Assembly (NCBI GenBank): GCA_963828735.1
Contig: CAWHFW010000005.1
Coordinates: 1,312,001-1,376,000 of the forward strand
DNA: 64,000 bases
Reading direction: 5' to 3'
Origin: an uncultured Gemmatimonadales bacterium
Lineage (GTDB): Bacteria > Gemmatimonadota > Gemmatimonadetes > Gemmatimonadales > GWC2-71-9
In this document: piece after piece, positions 49,289-58,875 of the stretch
Numbering within the stretch: position 1 is the stretch's first letter
Layout: each line of letters opens with the position of its first letter
Program-made: the position numbers and the translations under genes
Notes under the pieces: generated by a model
Seen by the model: the letters and a program-made list of their open reading frames with translations, nothing else
Told to the model about the DNA's origin: nothing
Databases searched by the model: none

Positions 49289-50323
49289 ATGACCGACCAG
49301 ACCACCGACTACGCCGCCGTCGTCGAGCAGCTCCGGCGACTGGCGCGCGATCCGTTCGAGGTGCCGAAGGAGCTGCACGGACTCCGGCGCCGGATCGAGA
49401 GCGAGCGAGAGAAGACCCATCACCACATGATGGAGCGCCTGGCGAAGGAGACTCGGATCGATATCCAGGGCCTCTTCGACGAGGCCCGGCGCCGCGGCGC
49501 CGCAAAGCGTCGCTACATGACGCAGGCGCTCGAGCCCCTGGAGGCCTAGGCGCTGGCCGAGGCGCGGGCGCAGAAGGAGCAGTTTCACAAGGCGCGCTCG
49601 GCGTACCAGGCGAGCTTCGCCGCGGGGCTGCCGCTGGCGGCGGCGCTTCCCCCACAGCTCAAGTTCCGCCGGCCCTTCGACTCGGCCTCCTCCGCGACGC
49701 GGGGCGACTGCAACGAGATCATAGGCGGTACCGATCCCGACGCCGGGACCTGGGAGGCCGCTGCCGACCTGGTCGACAACGGCGACGCCGGGGTCTGGCT
49801 CCATCCCTTCATCTCGTCGGACACCGGCGACTGCGACGACTCCACCGGAGCCAGCACGTTTCAGGACCTGAGCTACGCGATGGGTCCGCCGGCGACCAGC
49901 TTCTACGTCTCCAGCGTGCGGGTGGACCTGGTCGGCAACGGCGTCGCGAGCTCCGTGCTGGGCGACTTCAAGTGGCCTACCAAGGCGAGCCCGCTCTACG
50001 AGCACTCCTTCGTGAAACTGGACGTGTACCTGGCCCAGCAGGTCAACGGCGAGTGGCAGTACTGGCCGCTGGTGTCGGACCAGCTGTTCTCGGGCAAGGG
50101 CGACTACACCCGGCAGATCCGCTCGGTGCTGTCGGGAGGGCCTTATCCGGCCAGCATCGTGCTGCGAAAACCGGACGCGGGAGGGAGCAACGTGGTGTGC
50201 CACCTCCAGGTGGTCTGCTCGGCGCTGGCAATCGGGAGCAATGGGCGGGTGAAGATCGACTACCGCGCGCCCGATCTCGGTATTTTCGTCGGCGGGGTGG
50301 CGCTGCTGGGTCAGGACGTCTGA
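49289..50323 (+). pseudogene. Orphan 344-codon gene interrupted by one in-frame TAG (49547-49549); pseudogene, sequencing error or readthrough
   Basis: ORFs 49247..49549 and 49880..50323 share a frame; 49550-49879 is open with coding-like GC3 bias. Confidence 0.7.
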
Positions 50324-50365
50324 CCGGGTTGCTCCCGGCGCTTGGGTCACCCTCTCTTCAGCAAA

Positions 50366-50390
50366 ACGGGCCACCGGTAAGGTGGCCCGT
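50366..50390. terminator. Terminator-like hairpin downstream of the displaced tRNA 3' half
   Basis: ACGGGCCACC-GGTAA-GGTGGCCCGT; short T run on the minus strand. Confidence 0.65.
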
Positions 50391-50406
50391 ACGTGTTTGG
50401 AGTGTG

Positions 50407-50450
50407 AGAGGCGCCGATCGGAATCGAACCGATGAACGGAGGTTTTGCAG
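50407..50450 (-). repeat. att site: duplicate of the tRNA-Cys 3' half
   Basis: 44-bp direct repeat of 55009-55052 with one mismatch (50437 C vs 55039 T); ends at the anticodon loop. Confidence 0.9.
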
Positions 50451-50998
50451 TTCTAACCCGCCGTTTGCGGCCCATTGCGGCTGTTTCTAAGTCGTTGCCG
50501 GGGAAGGCTAGTCATTCGTAGCGAAGGTTCAGGCTTTCCACTCCTCTTGCGTGCGTTCCGGGCGAATCTTCCCACGATCTTCCCAGCAACCGTTGGCTGG
50601 CAGTTCAAAGTCCGCACCGCTTTTCCAGCCAAGGAAGCCAAGCGGCCAGACCGTCAATCGTCAGTGCGACAGCAAGATCTGAGGGATAAAGGGGGAACTC
50701 GACAAGAAAGCGATGGTGGGAAGGCATCCCCATCACCCGTTGTGGTGCGTGGCGAACGTGCCATCTCGATCCTGTGGTACGCCACCGTACACCAGAGAGC
50801 CCTGATGGAGCCGTGAGTCGTGACGGTCCTCACTGATTCCCCCGCTCTCGAGCCCTACCCTCCAAGGAACGGATGGCGGAAGATGCCGTCCCGTTGGGAG
50901 CAGCACAGGGTTTTCACTCGTCGGCTCTGATGAGTCGACCGGCCCCGGCCGCCAGCCTCAGGCACGGCTTCGACCACCGACCAAAAAACCCGCCATCG

Positions 50999-51757
50999 AT
51001 GACCTCGCCTCTACCCCACTTCCATTCCGCCGGGCCGGCCGAGACCGCCGACCGGGATTCGTCGTCCGACGCGTATGCCCTCCGATTTGCCGGCGGGGTC
51101 GGACGCTGGTTCCTCGAACTCCAGGCTCGGCTGACGGTGGAGGCGCTGTCGGGCCTGCCTCGAGGAGCGAGTGTACTCGACGTCGGGGGCGGGCATGCGC
51201 AGGTGGCTCCGCCCGTGATCGAGGCCGGATACCGGGTGACGGTGGTGGGCAGCGACGCGTCCTGCGGCGCGCGGCTGGCCCGCTGGACGACCTCGCGGCA
51301 GTGCGCCTTTCAAGTGGGAGATCTGCAGCACCTGCCGTACCCCGACCGGGAGTTCGACGCGGTCGTCTGTTACCGCCTTCTGGCGCACAGTGTCGACTGG
51401 CGAGCGCTGGTGCGCGAGTTGTGTCGGGTCGCGGCCAGCCGGGTGATCATCGACTACCCGTCCCGGCGAAGCATGAACGCGGTGTCCGACGGCCTGTTCC
51501 GGATGAAGCGCTCGATCGAGGGCGCAATGACGCGCCCGTACGCCATGTACCACCCCGGTGAGATCGCCGAGACATTCGATGACGCGGGGTTCGCGGTGGT
51601 CAGCTCCGCCCCCCAGTTCTTCCTGCCGATGGTGATCCACCGGCTCGGCCGATCGGCCCGGCTCGCCCAGGCGCTCGAGTGGCCGGCCGGCCGGATCGGC
51701 CTCACCCGGCTGTTGGGCTCCCCCGTCATCGTCCGGGCCGACCGTCGGCCCGCCTGA
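50999..51757 (+). CDS. Class I SAM-dependent methyltransferase
   Basis: VLDVGGGHAQ, GDLQHLPYPDREFDAVVC, ELCRV. Confidence 0.88.
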   Translation: MTSPLPHFHSAGPAETADRDSSSDAYALRFAGGVGRWFLELQARLTVEALSGLPRGASVLDVGGGHAQVAPPVIEAGYRVTVVGSDASCGARLARWTTSRQCAFQVGDLQHLPYPDREFDAVVCYRLLAHSVDWRALVRELCRVAASRVIIDYPSRRSMNAVSDGLFRMKRSIEGAMTRPYAMYHPGEIAETFDDAGFAVVSSAPQFFLPMVIHRLGRSARLAQALEWPAGRIGLTRLLGSPVIVRADRRPA

Positions 51758-52050
51758 GCCGAGCAAGAGAATACCAAGATGCTGCTCATGTTGGAGCAGA
51801 TCGGCTGGTCGGTGGGCGCCGAGTTCGACGAGGGCGCGGAGGTTCGGGCACTGGCCGAAGCCACCGAGGCGGAGGCGTTGAGCGAGCAGATCGATCAGGC
51901 CGTCGAGGTCCCAGCGCGTCTCGTACCCGGTGAGGATGGCGTCCGTTGAAGCGCGCGCGACCAGCGTCGCAGCGCATCGACGCGCGCCCGATCTGGTGCG
52001 CCGGCGGTGTCGGCGCGACCGGGGGGAGGTCTCACTGTTTGGATTAGCTC

Positions 52051-52287
52051 ATGCCCACTCGTAGCGTGCGTGAAGTGCGGGTACGACCGGAGTACGCTGA
52101 GCTGTATCCCGAGTTGGCCGATGCGTGGGTACCTGCGCGCGAGTTTGCCCAGGTGATCGTGCTGCGGGCGCGCGCCGCACGGGGTGCCAGCCTCCACCGG
52201 CGCACACTCGACCCTCGGCATTTCGAGTTCAGGGGAGGCCGGGCCGAGGCCCGGCCTCCCGAGGCTCGCACGCGGTGTACGGATTAG
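52051..52287 (+). CDS. Small hypothetical protein, 'HFEFRGG' family copy A
   Basis: Clear similarity to 55758..56000. Confidence 0.75.
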   Translation: MPTRSVREVRVRPEYAELYPELADAWVPAREFAQVIVLRARAARGASLHRRTLDPRHFEFRGGRAEARPPEARTRCTD

Positions 52288-52316
52288 CCTGCGGCCATTC
52301 GAGTCTGATCTACCGG

Positions 52317-52916
52317 CTAGCGCCGTCCTGGCGTCACCGGTTGGGCTGCGGGAGCCTCCGCGACTTGCTCCCACGCCTCCTTCACCGTCTTCTCCACCTG
52401 AGACACCACATCCGTCGCCGGGAGCCCCTCCTGCTGGAGGTAGCGGACCACTGATTCCGGCACCAAGGTGTCGAACCGCAGGATCACGACGGCGTAGTCG
52501 CGGAAGTGCTGGCGGCCGAGATCGGCCACTTCCTGGTCACCCAGCGCCAGGGCGGTCGTGTGCAGCATCAGGTAGCCGATGTTGGCCAGGTTGAACGCGG
52601 TGTAGTCGTCTCTCAGGTTCTTTGGCAGGCCCTCGCTCCGGACCAGGTCGATCAGTCCAGCAGCGGCCCCAGCGACCGCAGAGCCAGCCCGCTTTACCGC
52701 TCCGGCCACCCCAGCGGCTTTTCGCCGGTCGCTCAGCACCCGCAGGTCGGAGATGTGGTGCTCGACTTGGCGATGGATCTGCCGCAGCTCGGCCACGACG
52801 TCCGGATAGTCCTTCAGATCGGCCAGCTGTCCCTTGAGGGCCTTCTCGATGTGATCCTCGAGAGCCAGCATGTCGCCGATGTAGCTGTTGATCGCTTCGT
52901 TCTTGTCGCGTGCCAC
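52317..52916 (-). CDS. Ferritin-like DUF892-type stress protein
   Basis: YIGDMLALEDHIEKAL, LRDDYTAFNLANIGYLMLHTTALALG helical-bundle pattern. Confidence 0.75.
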   Translation of the reverse strand: MARDKNEAINSYIGDMLALEDHIEKALKGQLADLKDYPDVVAELRQIHRQVEHHISDLRVLSDRRKAAGVAGAVKRAGSAVAGAAAGLIDLVRSEGLPKNLRDDYTAFNLANIGYLMLHTTALALGDQEVADLGRQHFRDYAVVILRFDTLVPESVVRYLQQEGLPATDVVSQVEKTVKEAWEQVAEAPAAQPVTPGRR

Positions 52917-53238
52917 GATGACCTCGCAATGCTATGACATGGGAGATGGTGTTCCGCTCGGGCCGCCATGATGGGCCGGTGGGTCTGCGAGGTCTGTGCG
53001 GGAGGTCACCAAGAGATCCGAAGCCTGCTGACGATCGCGGGGCCATCCATCAGTCGCTCCTCCCCCCGACCGCGGCGTCACAGGCGAGGCCTGCCTGCGT
53101 TGCCGATCGCGTCCGCGCCTGATCCGAAGCCATGCTGGACTTTGTGACCGGCGTCCTCTCGTCGGACGTCGCCAAGTGGTATTGTGTGAGCGAGATGTCC
53201 CTCGTGCTCGTTCCGGTCCATTCGTCCCTCCAGGGAAC

Positions 53239-53985
53239 ATGACCACACCGTTCGATGGGTCGAACTTTGACGCCGATGTGCAGTTCCAGCGCGAACGTCT
53301 GGCGCTCACCAAAGAGAAGATGCAGAAAGAGATGGGCGCCCTCCTCGACTACCTGGCCCAGGCCCTCCGGGCCTGGTACCCGGAAGAGGCGGAGCGAATT
53401 GTCGCCGCCGAACCGGAGATCACGGCAGCCCTAGGTCGTGCAGGCCGGGTGGACGAGGTGAAGGAGCGAGTGAGCCTGGTCGTCGCACGCGCCGAGGCCA
53501 TTGCGAGAGAGCACTTGTCGGCCAAGCACCTGTGGTGGCATGTGGCTGAGGGCCAGGGAATGGAGCGCACTGGATCCGCGCCGTACAAGGTCTCGGCCAG
53601 TCATAAAGTGCCGCAAATTCTCGTCGCGCCCGTGCGGCGCGCCCTGGGGGCCCTGGCCGTGGCGCTCGAGCCGTTCGGCTATCTCCGGGTGGCGGGGCAG
53701 CCGGACCAATTCGCGTGGCGGGAGGGCACTCAATCCAGCTACTCCTCGAGCCCGGACCCCGGTGCGACGCACTACCATCACGCCCCCCTCCCGCCGTTGC
53801 CTGAAGTGTTTGTTCAGGGTATCGGGCAGTACGACGTGCTCCTCGACGAAGCGCTGACGGCGCTCGCCGAAATCCGAAAGCTCGAGGCCGCGCGCAAGAT
53901 GGCAATGGCCAAGCACCTCCTGGACCAAAAGCGTCTCGTGAGGACCGGAGGTCCCCGGCGCGGCGACGTGGATCCGGATGAGTGA
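53239..53985 (+). CDS. Hypothetical helical protein (248 aa)
   Basis: Long ORF with AGGGA upstream and coding-like composition; no motif recognised. Confidence 0.7.
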   Translation: MTTPFDGSNFDADVQFQRERLALTKEKMQKEMGALLDYLAQALRAWYPEEAERIVAAEPEITAALGRAGRVDEVKERVSLVVARAEAIAREHLSAKHLWWHVAEGQGMERTGSAPYKVSASHKVPQILVAPVRRALGALAVALEPFGYLRVAGQPDQFAWREGTQSSYSSSPDPGATHYHHAPLPPLPEVFVQGIGQYDVLLDEALTALAEIRKLEAARKMAMAKHLLDQKRLVRTGGPRRGDVDPDE

Positions 53986-54314
53986 TGTCCAAGCGGACGA
54001 TGCCCGGGCAGTGAAGGCGCCGCACCAGTACCCCCTTCCTGGTAACAAAGCGGCCTGGCGCGCCCGCGCTCCTCAATGAACCCCTGACGCTCGGCAAATC
54101 ACACCGCCGTCCCGGAAACAAGAAGTACCGCTCAAGAAGCACGTCTCGTCAAGCTTCCCGACACAGCCGGGCGATGAAGGTTCGCTACCGTACCGACTGT
54201 CCTTACTCGGACTCCCTCTCCTATCAATGCGTGACTTCCCTCACGGTCGTTCGTTGTCCATCTCCCTACTATCCGCGTCCGCTAGAGTGAGCCTAGAACT
54301 AGGAGGAGTAGCAC

Positions 54315-54830
54315 ATGGCACGAGTAACTGCTGTATTTGACGACCGAGCGCAGGCTGAGCGAGCTGTCAACGAGCTCCGGCGCCTGGGCTTGAGAGATAC
54401 CGATCTGTCCTTTGTCGCGCGCACTGAGGAGGACGCCGTGGCCGCCGGAGCGGGTCGCGAAAGTGCACGTGAAAGTGCAGGCGAACGAGCGGCCAAGGGA
54501 GCGGCCGTGGGCGCAGGCGCCGGGCTGCTCTTCGGCCTCGCGGCCCTTGCAATCCCTGGGCTGGGGCCTTTCATCACTGCTGGAGGTCTCGCTTCTGCTC
54601 TGGGGACAACCGGTGGTGCATTGGCGTCGGGCGCGATCGTGGGCGGCACCTCGGGAGCCATCGCAGGCGCCCTCACCCGCGCGGGCTACAGCAAGGAGGA
54701 GTCCGAGTTCTATGGCCCGCATGTTGAGCGCGGCGGGGTATTGGTGGCCGTAGAGACCGATTCTGGGTTCTCGGCAGACCAGGCACGTGAGGTGCTGGCA
54801 GTTGAGGGCGGACGCACGCACACCCGCTAA
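54315..54830 (+). CDS. General-stress-type membrane protein with glycine zipper
   Basis: AGGAGG RBS; VTAVFDDRAQAERAVNELRRLG, AIPGLGPFITAG, VERGGVLVAV. Confidence 0.82.
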   Translation: MARVTAVFDDRAQAERAVNELRRLGLRDTDLSFVARTEEDAVAAGAGRESARESAGERAAKGAAVGAGAGLLFGLAALAIPGLGPFITAGGLASALGTTGGALASGAIVGGTSGAIAGALTRAGYSKEESEFYGPHVERGGVLVAVETDSGFSADQAREVLAVEGGRTHTR

Positions 54831-54853
54831 TTAACAAAGACCGAGTAGCCCGT

Positions 54854-54904
54854 AAGGCGGCATACAGGAGAGCACTCGGCTCCCGCGTGCCGCCTTTCGT
54901 TTTG
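54854..54904 (+). terminator. Probable terminator hairpin
   Basis: AAGGCGGCA...TGCCGCCTT followed by TCGTTTT. Confidence 0.5.
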
Positions 54905-54967
54905 GTTCAGAGACCCGGCGCAGTCTTTCCTCACCCACCCGTTCTTCCCAAATGGCTTCCAACCCAA

Positions 54968-54992
54968 ACGGCCCACCTGTTGGGTGGGCCGT
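54968..54992 (-). terminator. Terminator-like hairpin downstream of tRNA-Cys
   Basis: ACGGCCCACC-TGTTG-GGTGGGCCGT. Confidence 0.65.
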
Positions 54993-55010
54993 AAGTATGT
55001 GAGGCCGTAG

Positions 55011-55082
<72 letters not shown>

Positions 55083-55093
55083 CGGGGACAGCA

Positions 55094-55122
55094 ATCGTAA
55101 TGCGCCACAACGACTTTGGCAA
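55094..55122 (-). promoter_or_regulatory. Sigma70-type promoter of tRNA-Cys
   Basis: TTGCCA-17 bp-TACGAT on the minus strand. Confidence 0.7.
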
Positions 55123-55293
55123 TCTCTCGAGCGCCGCGATCCCGCGATCGCCAGTGACCCGAACCGCCGATTGCGCCGACCCCGCCCCGCTCCGTTGAGA
55201 TCGCGCCGCAGGTCAACCAACTTCCCCGCGCGTTCCCCCTTCCCCATCCGCCCGCACCACGGCATTTTCGGCATGGGAGGTTCGCCTCCCACC

Positions 55294-55575
55294 TTAGCGC
55301 TCCCCGAATTCCGGCATGCCGCACCAATTGAGGAACGCCACCAGGTTTTCCGCGTCCTCCGGTGTCGGCATCATGATCTCCGTCCTGCCCCGCGTGACCA
55401 GCGGGACGAACCGAAGTCCGTTCCGGCCCGGCCGCCGGAGCGCGTGTTGCCCGACGCTCCAGGGACCTTCCTGAAGCTGATCGGCGCGCGGGGCGATGGC
55501 GAGCCCCCCGCACCAGGCTCCGGAGCAGCGACCAGTCGCGGCGCTCGCGGGTCCTCGGCTGACGCTGATGTGCAA
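55294..55575 (-). CDS. Small hypothetical protein (93 aa)
   Basis: MHISVSRG...LVAFLNWCGMPE; plausible composition, no family recognised. Confidence 0.55.
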   Translation of the reverse strand: MHISVSRGPASAATGRCSGAWCGGLAIAPRADQLQEGPWSVGQHALRRPGRNGLRFVPLVTRGRTEIMMPTPEDAENLVAFLNWCGMPEFGER

Positions 55576-55757
55576 GCATGAAGATCAGCTCGACCATGGC
55601 CCGTTGGCACAGCGTTTCCGCCTTGGCGTCGTCCATGTCCACCTCTGGTCGGAGGCAGTGGTCGCAAGTGAGCGAGCGGGATCATGAACTGCACGACGGC
55701 GCACCAGCGGACCGAGTCGATCCGCGTCGTCCATCCAATCCAAGCTGGGGGAATCGC

Positions 55758-56000
55758 GTGCAAAGTACCATCCGCGAGGCCAGGCTCAAACCCGACTACG
55801 CCTCGTTCTACCCAGGGGTGGAGCCCGGCATCTGGTTGCCCGCCACGGTTATCGGCCAGCAGCTCCTGCTGTGGCACCTGACTGCGCCGGCCACGCCTCA
55901 GGGCGAGCGGCTCATGTCCGAGGAGCATTTCGAGTTTCGCGGAGGCCAGAAACGCGTCGGCTCCTGGATCAACATGCGGACCCGGCTGGCCGACGGCTGA
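55758..56000 (+). CDS. Small hypothetical protein, 'HFEFRGG' family copy B
   Basis: GGGGGA upstream of the GTG; paralog of 52051..52287. Confidence 0.75.
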   Translation: MQSTIREARLKPDYASFYPGVEPGIWLPATVIGQQLLLWHLTAPATPQGERLMSEEHFEFRGGQKRVGSWINMRTRLADG

Positions 56001-56052
56001 AGCAGCCGGCCGTATCGACGCGCCACACGGTCGAGGGAGCCGGTGGTCACCC

Positions 56053-56934
56053 TCAGGGCGCCATGACGGCCAGGTCGAGTGGTCGGATGCGATAGGTCAG
56101 CGGCGGCTCCAGGTAGACCACCTCACCGTCGAGCGCGACCGCGACCCGGCGGCGGGTTTCGATCACCGCCTCCTCGACGTGGAACAGCTCGAGCTCCTGT
56201 ACCCGGTCCGCCCCCAACAGCAGCACCCGCCAGCCCATCAGCACGAGGCTCCGCCGCTGGCCCGCGTTCATCACGTACAGGGCCAGCCGTCCGTCTGTCA
56301 GCGAGTCGCGAGAGCCGGCGTCGAGTCCCGCCATGCGGTATTCGTTGTTTCCGACGAACACGAAGGGGGTGCGCCGAACCACCGTCTCCGTCTCGGTCCG
56401 GATCCGGACCGCCATGAACGGCCGGCGTCTCAGCACCGCCAGCGTCGCCCAGAGCGCCGCGAGCCACTTCCCCGGGCCAGTGGCACCCCAGCGTCGCCGC
56501 AGGCCGACGATGCGCGGGTACACGCCGAGGCTCGAGTTGTTGACGAACACCCGTCCGTTCACCTCACCGATGTCCACGCGCCGCACGGCGCCTTCGGCGA
56601 CGACCCGCACGGCGTCCTGTAGCTCGAGCGGCAGTCCGAGGTCCTTGGCGAAGTGATTCAGGGTGCCGGTGGGAAGGATGCCCAGCGGGGTCGTGGAGCC
56701 GGCGACGGCGGCGGCAACCGCGTTGACTGTCCCGTCGCCGCCCGCGGCGACCGCGACTCGGCAACCCTCCGTGACGGCGCGGCGCGCCTGCACCGTGACC
56801 GAGCGGCCCGGCCCCGCAGCGAGGAGCGTGGCTTCACGGCCTGTGGCTGCGAACAGCTCGACGATACGCGAGCCGGTCTCGTCGCCGCCGCCGTTGCCTG
56901 AGCCTGGGTTGAGAATGACGGCGACATCGAGCAC
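56053..56934 (-). CDS. Diacylglycerol kinase family (YegS/DagK-like) lipid kinase
   Basis: ILNPGSG, AAGGDGTV, LPTGTLNHFAKDL, ALDGE; start uncertain (up to 56970). Confidence 0.9.
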   Translation of the reverse strand: MLDVAVILNPGSGNGGGDETGSRIVELFAATGREATLLAAGPGRSVTVQARRAVTEGCRVAVAAGGDGTVNAVAAAVAGSTTPLGILPTGTLNHFAKDLGLPLELQDAVRVVAEGAVRRVDIGEVNGRVFVNNSSLGVYPRIVGLRRRWGATGPGKWLAALWATLAVLRRRPFMAVRIRTETETVVRRTPFVFVGNNEYRMAGLDAGSRDSLTDGRLALYVMNAGQRRSLVLMGWRVLLLGADRVQELELFHVEEAVIETRRRVAVALDGEVVYLEPPLTYRIRPLDLAVMAP

Positions 56935-56993
56935 ACTGGTTCCATGGTGGATGACCATCCATGGTATCACTGAACCGGGGAGGGAGGTGCGAG

Positions 56994-57107
56994 ATGGATC
57001 ACTTCGGGGACCGCCGGCTCGGCCGGCGGGGCATCACGGTCCTGAATCTGGTGCTGTTGATCCTCGCGGTCGTGATCGTCGCGGTGCTCGTCTATCGCTA
57101 CCGGTAG
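56994..57107 (+). CDS. 37-aa single-TM microprotein with prepilin-like N-terminus
   Basis: GGAGG RBS; MDHFGDRRLGRRG-ITVLNLVLLILAVVIVAVLVYRYR; below the ORF-track size cutoff. Confidence 0.65.
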   Translation: MDHFGDRRLGRRGITVLNLVLLILAVVIVAVLVYRYR

Positions 57108-57111
57108 ACGC

Positions 57112-58674
57112 TCACCCGACGAGGCGGCTCCTGAGGGCCACCGGCTCGGTTGCCGCCTCGGACTCGAGGTAGGCGTTGGGATCGTGGTAGAGCGCGCCGT
57201 CGGGCAGGTACTCATAGAGCGGGCCCAGGTCGTGCCGGATGCGGTTGTGATAGAACTCGGGGAGGACGTCGGTCTCCCCCTCGAGGTAACCACGCACGGA
57301 CCGATCGGTGTCGAGCAGGCGCCGGATGTTCGTGTGATACTCGATCCGCCCCCAGCCCTCCGACGACATGGCCCGAACGACGTTCATCCACTTCGGGATC
57401 ATCGTCGGCGTGGCGGGCACGCGCCGGGCGATCGCCCGCCAGGAGAACGAGTAGCGCGTCACGTCGATCAAGCCGTCGTAGAACTCCGTCCAGCTGTAGT
57501 TCTTCGGCCGGACGTTCATCGCGTGGTTGTTATTGAGGAAATGGAACGGGAACGGCAGGACCCGCCCCGCGCGCTGGTACTCGAGATTCATCGGCGCCGC
57601 CCGGCCGAACGCCGAGAGCAGCGAATAGGCGGGGAAGGCGCCCGGCGCCAGGTCGATGAACTTGCGGGTCAGCTCGAACGGCTCGGAGCCCGAGTCGCCA
57701 TCGAGGCCCAGCACGAAGTTGGTCTGGATGTACGGGATGTAGCGCAGGATCATGTTCACGTGGTCGGCCACCTGCTCGACCTTGTCCATGCCCGTCCGCC
57801 GGGTCTTCGACTTGTTGCCCAGATCGTACCACGACTCGATGCCCGGCAGGATGGCCTGGAAGCCGTTCTGCTTGAGCCGCTTGAGGTGCGGCTCCGAGAG
57901 CAGCGAGAGACTGCTTTCGGCGATGTGCCGCATCCGTCCCGGCGGGCCGGCCCCCTCCACCGCCTCCATGTAATCGTTGAACCGGACGCCGAAGTTCGGA
58001 TCGTGCCAGCCGACGATCGGGTTCTTCATCTTGGTCAGCAGGAACGCCAGGTCGTCGCGAAGGTCGTCGAAGCCAAGCGGCTGGTAATCCACCGTCGAGT
58101 CGATGCAGAAGCAGCACGTGTACGGGCAGCCGAGGCTGCCGATCATCGGCACGATCTTGATGGTGGGCGCCTTCCGAAGCGTCGCCTCGGTGAACTTCCA
58201 CCGTTGGCGGAGCGTCGGCAGCTCGACCGGCTGCGACTTCGCCGCGAGGTGCGCGCCGTACGGCCGGTGCGGGCGGCAGTCCCGAAGCACCTCCGCTACG
58301 ATGGTCCGATCGGTGAAGCCGAGCACGTAGTCGAAGTACTTCCGCGCATCCTCGGGATAGCACCGCGCGTGCGGGCCGCCGAGCACGGTGACGGTGCCCC
58401 GGCGCCGGAACAGGTTGCTCAGCGCGTAGGCGAGCTGCGCCGACTGCGTGAAGGCCCCGATGAACAGCACGTCGAGGTTCTGCGGCAGCTCAGTGAGCAG
58501 GTCCTCCATGCCGGTATAGCAGACGAGGGTCACATCGTGACCCTCCTGCTCGCACCAGACGCCGAGAACCTGGGGCATGATGCTCGCCAGGTTGGCGTTC
58601 ATGATGCGGCCGTACAAGGAGACCTTCGGGCTCTTGGTGACGAGATCCAAGATGCCGACGCGCAGCCGTCGCAT
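57112..58674 (-). CDS. Radical SAM protein with N-terminal B12-binding-like domain
   Basis: VLGGPHA; GCPYTCCFC (CX3CX2C); PGIES; NFVLGLD. Confidence 0.88.
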   Translation of the reverse strand: MRRLRVGILDLVTKSPKVSLYGRIMNANLASIMPQVLGVWCEQEGHDVTLVCYTGMEDLLTELPQNLDVLFIGAFTQSAQLAYALSNLFRRRGTVTVLGGPHARCYPEDARKYFDYVLGFTDRTIVAEVLRDCRPHRPYGAHLAAKSQPVELPTLRQRWKFTEATLRKAPTIKIVPMIGSLGCPYTCCFCIDSTVDYQPLGFDDLRDDLAFLLTKMKNPIVGWHDPNFGVRFNDYMEAVEGAGPPGRMRHIAESSLSLLSEPHLKRLKQNGFQAILPGIESWYDLGNKSKTRRTGMDKVEQVADHVNMILRYIPYIQTNFVLGLDGDSGSEPFELTRKFIDLAPGAFPAYSLLSAFGRAAPMNLEYQRAGRVLPFPFHFLNNNHAMNVRPKNYSWTEFYDGLIDVTRYSFSWRAIARRVPATPTMIPKWMNVVRAMSSEGWGRIEYHTNIRRLLDTDRSVRGYLEGETDVLPEFYHNRIRHDLGPLYEYLPDGALYHDPNAYLESEAATEPVALRSRLVG

Positions 58675-58875
58675 GCGGTGCTCCTACGTGTGGGGACACC
58701 TTCGCTCCACAATGGAACGTGGAGACCGCCTACAAATTGTGGTCGATAGGACTAGCGGTGCTGCCATCACATAGAGGCGGGGCAATGGCGGTGGGACGCG
58801 GGGAACATGGGCCGACACGGGCCGGAAGGCAACCCTTTGATGGGCTCCTTTGCCGGATCGGTCACGCGGAGAATC

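Noticed and set aside
51779..51949. 56-aa acidic ORF inside the islet
   Set aside because: No RBS or motif, and competing frames exist on the minus strand; probably a gene remnant.
56994..58674. Microprotein plus radical SAM as a RiPP cluster
   Set aside because: The genes are convergent, no peptidase, transporter or RRE is evident, and the peptide is a TM helix.
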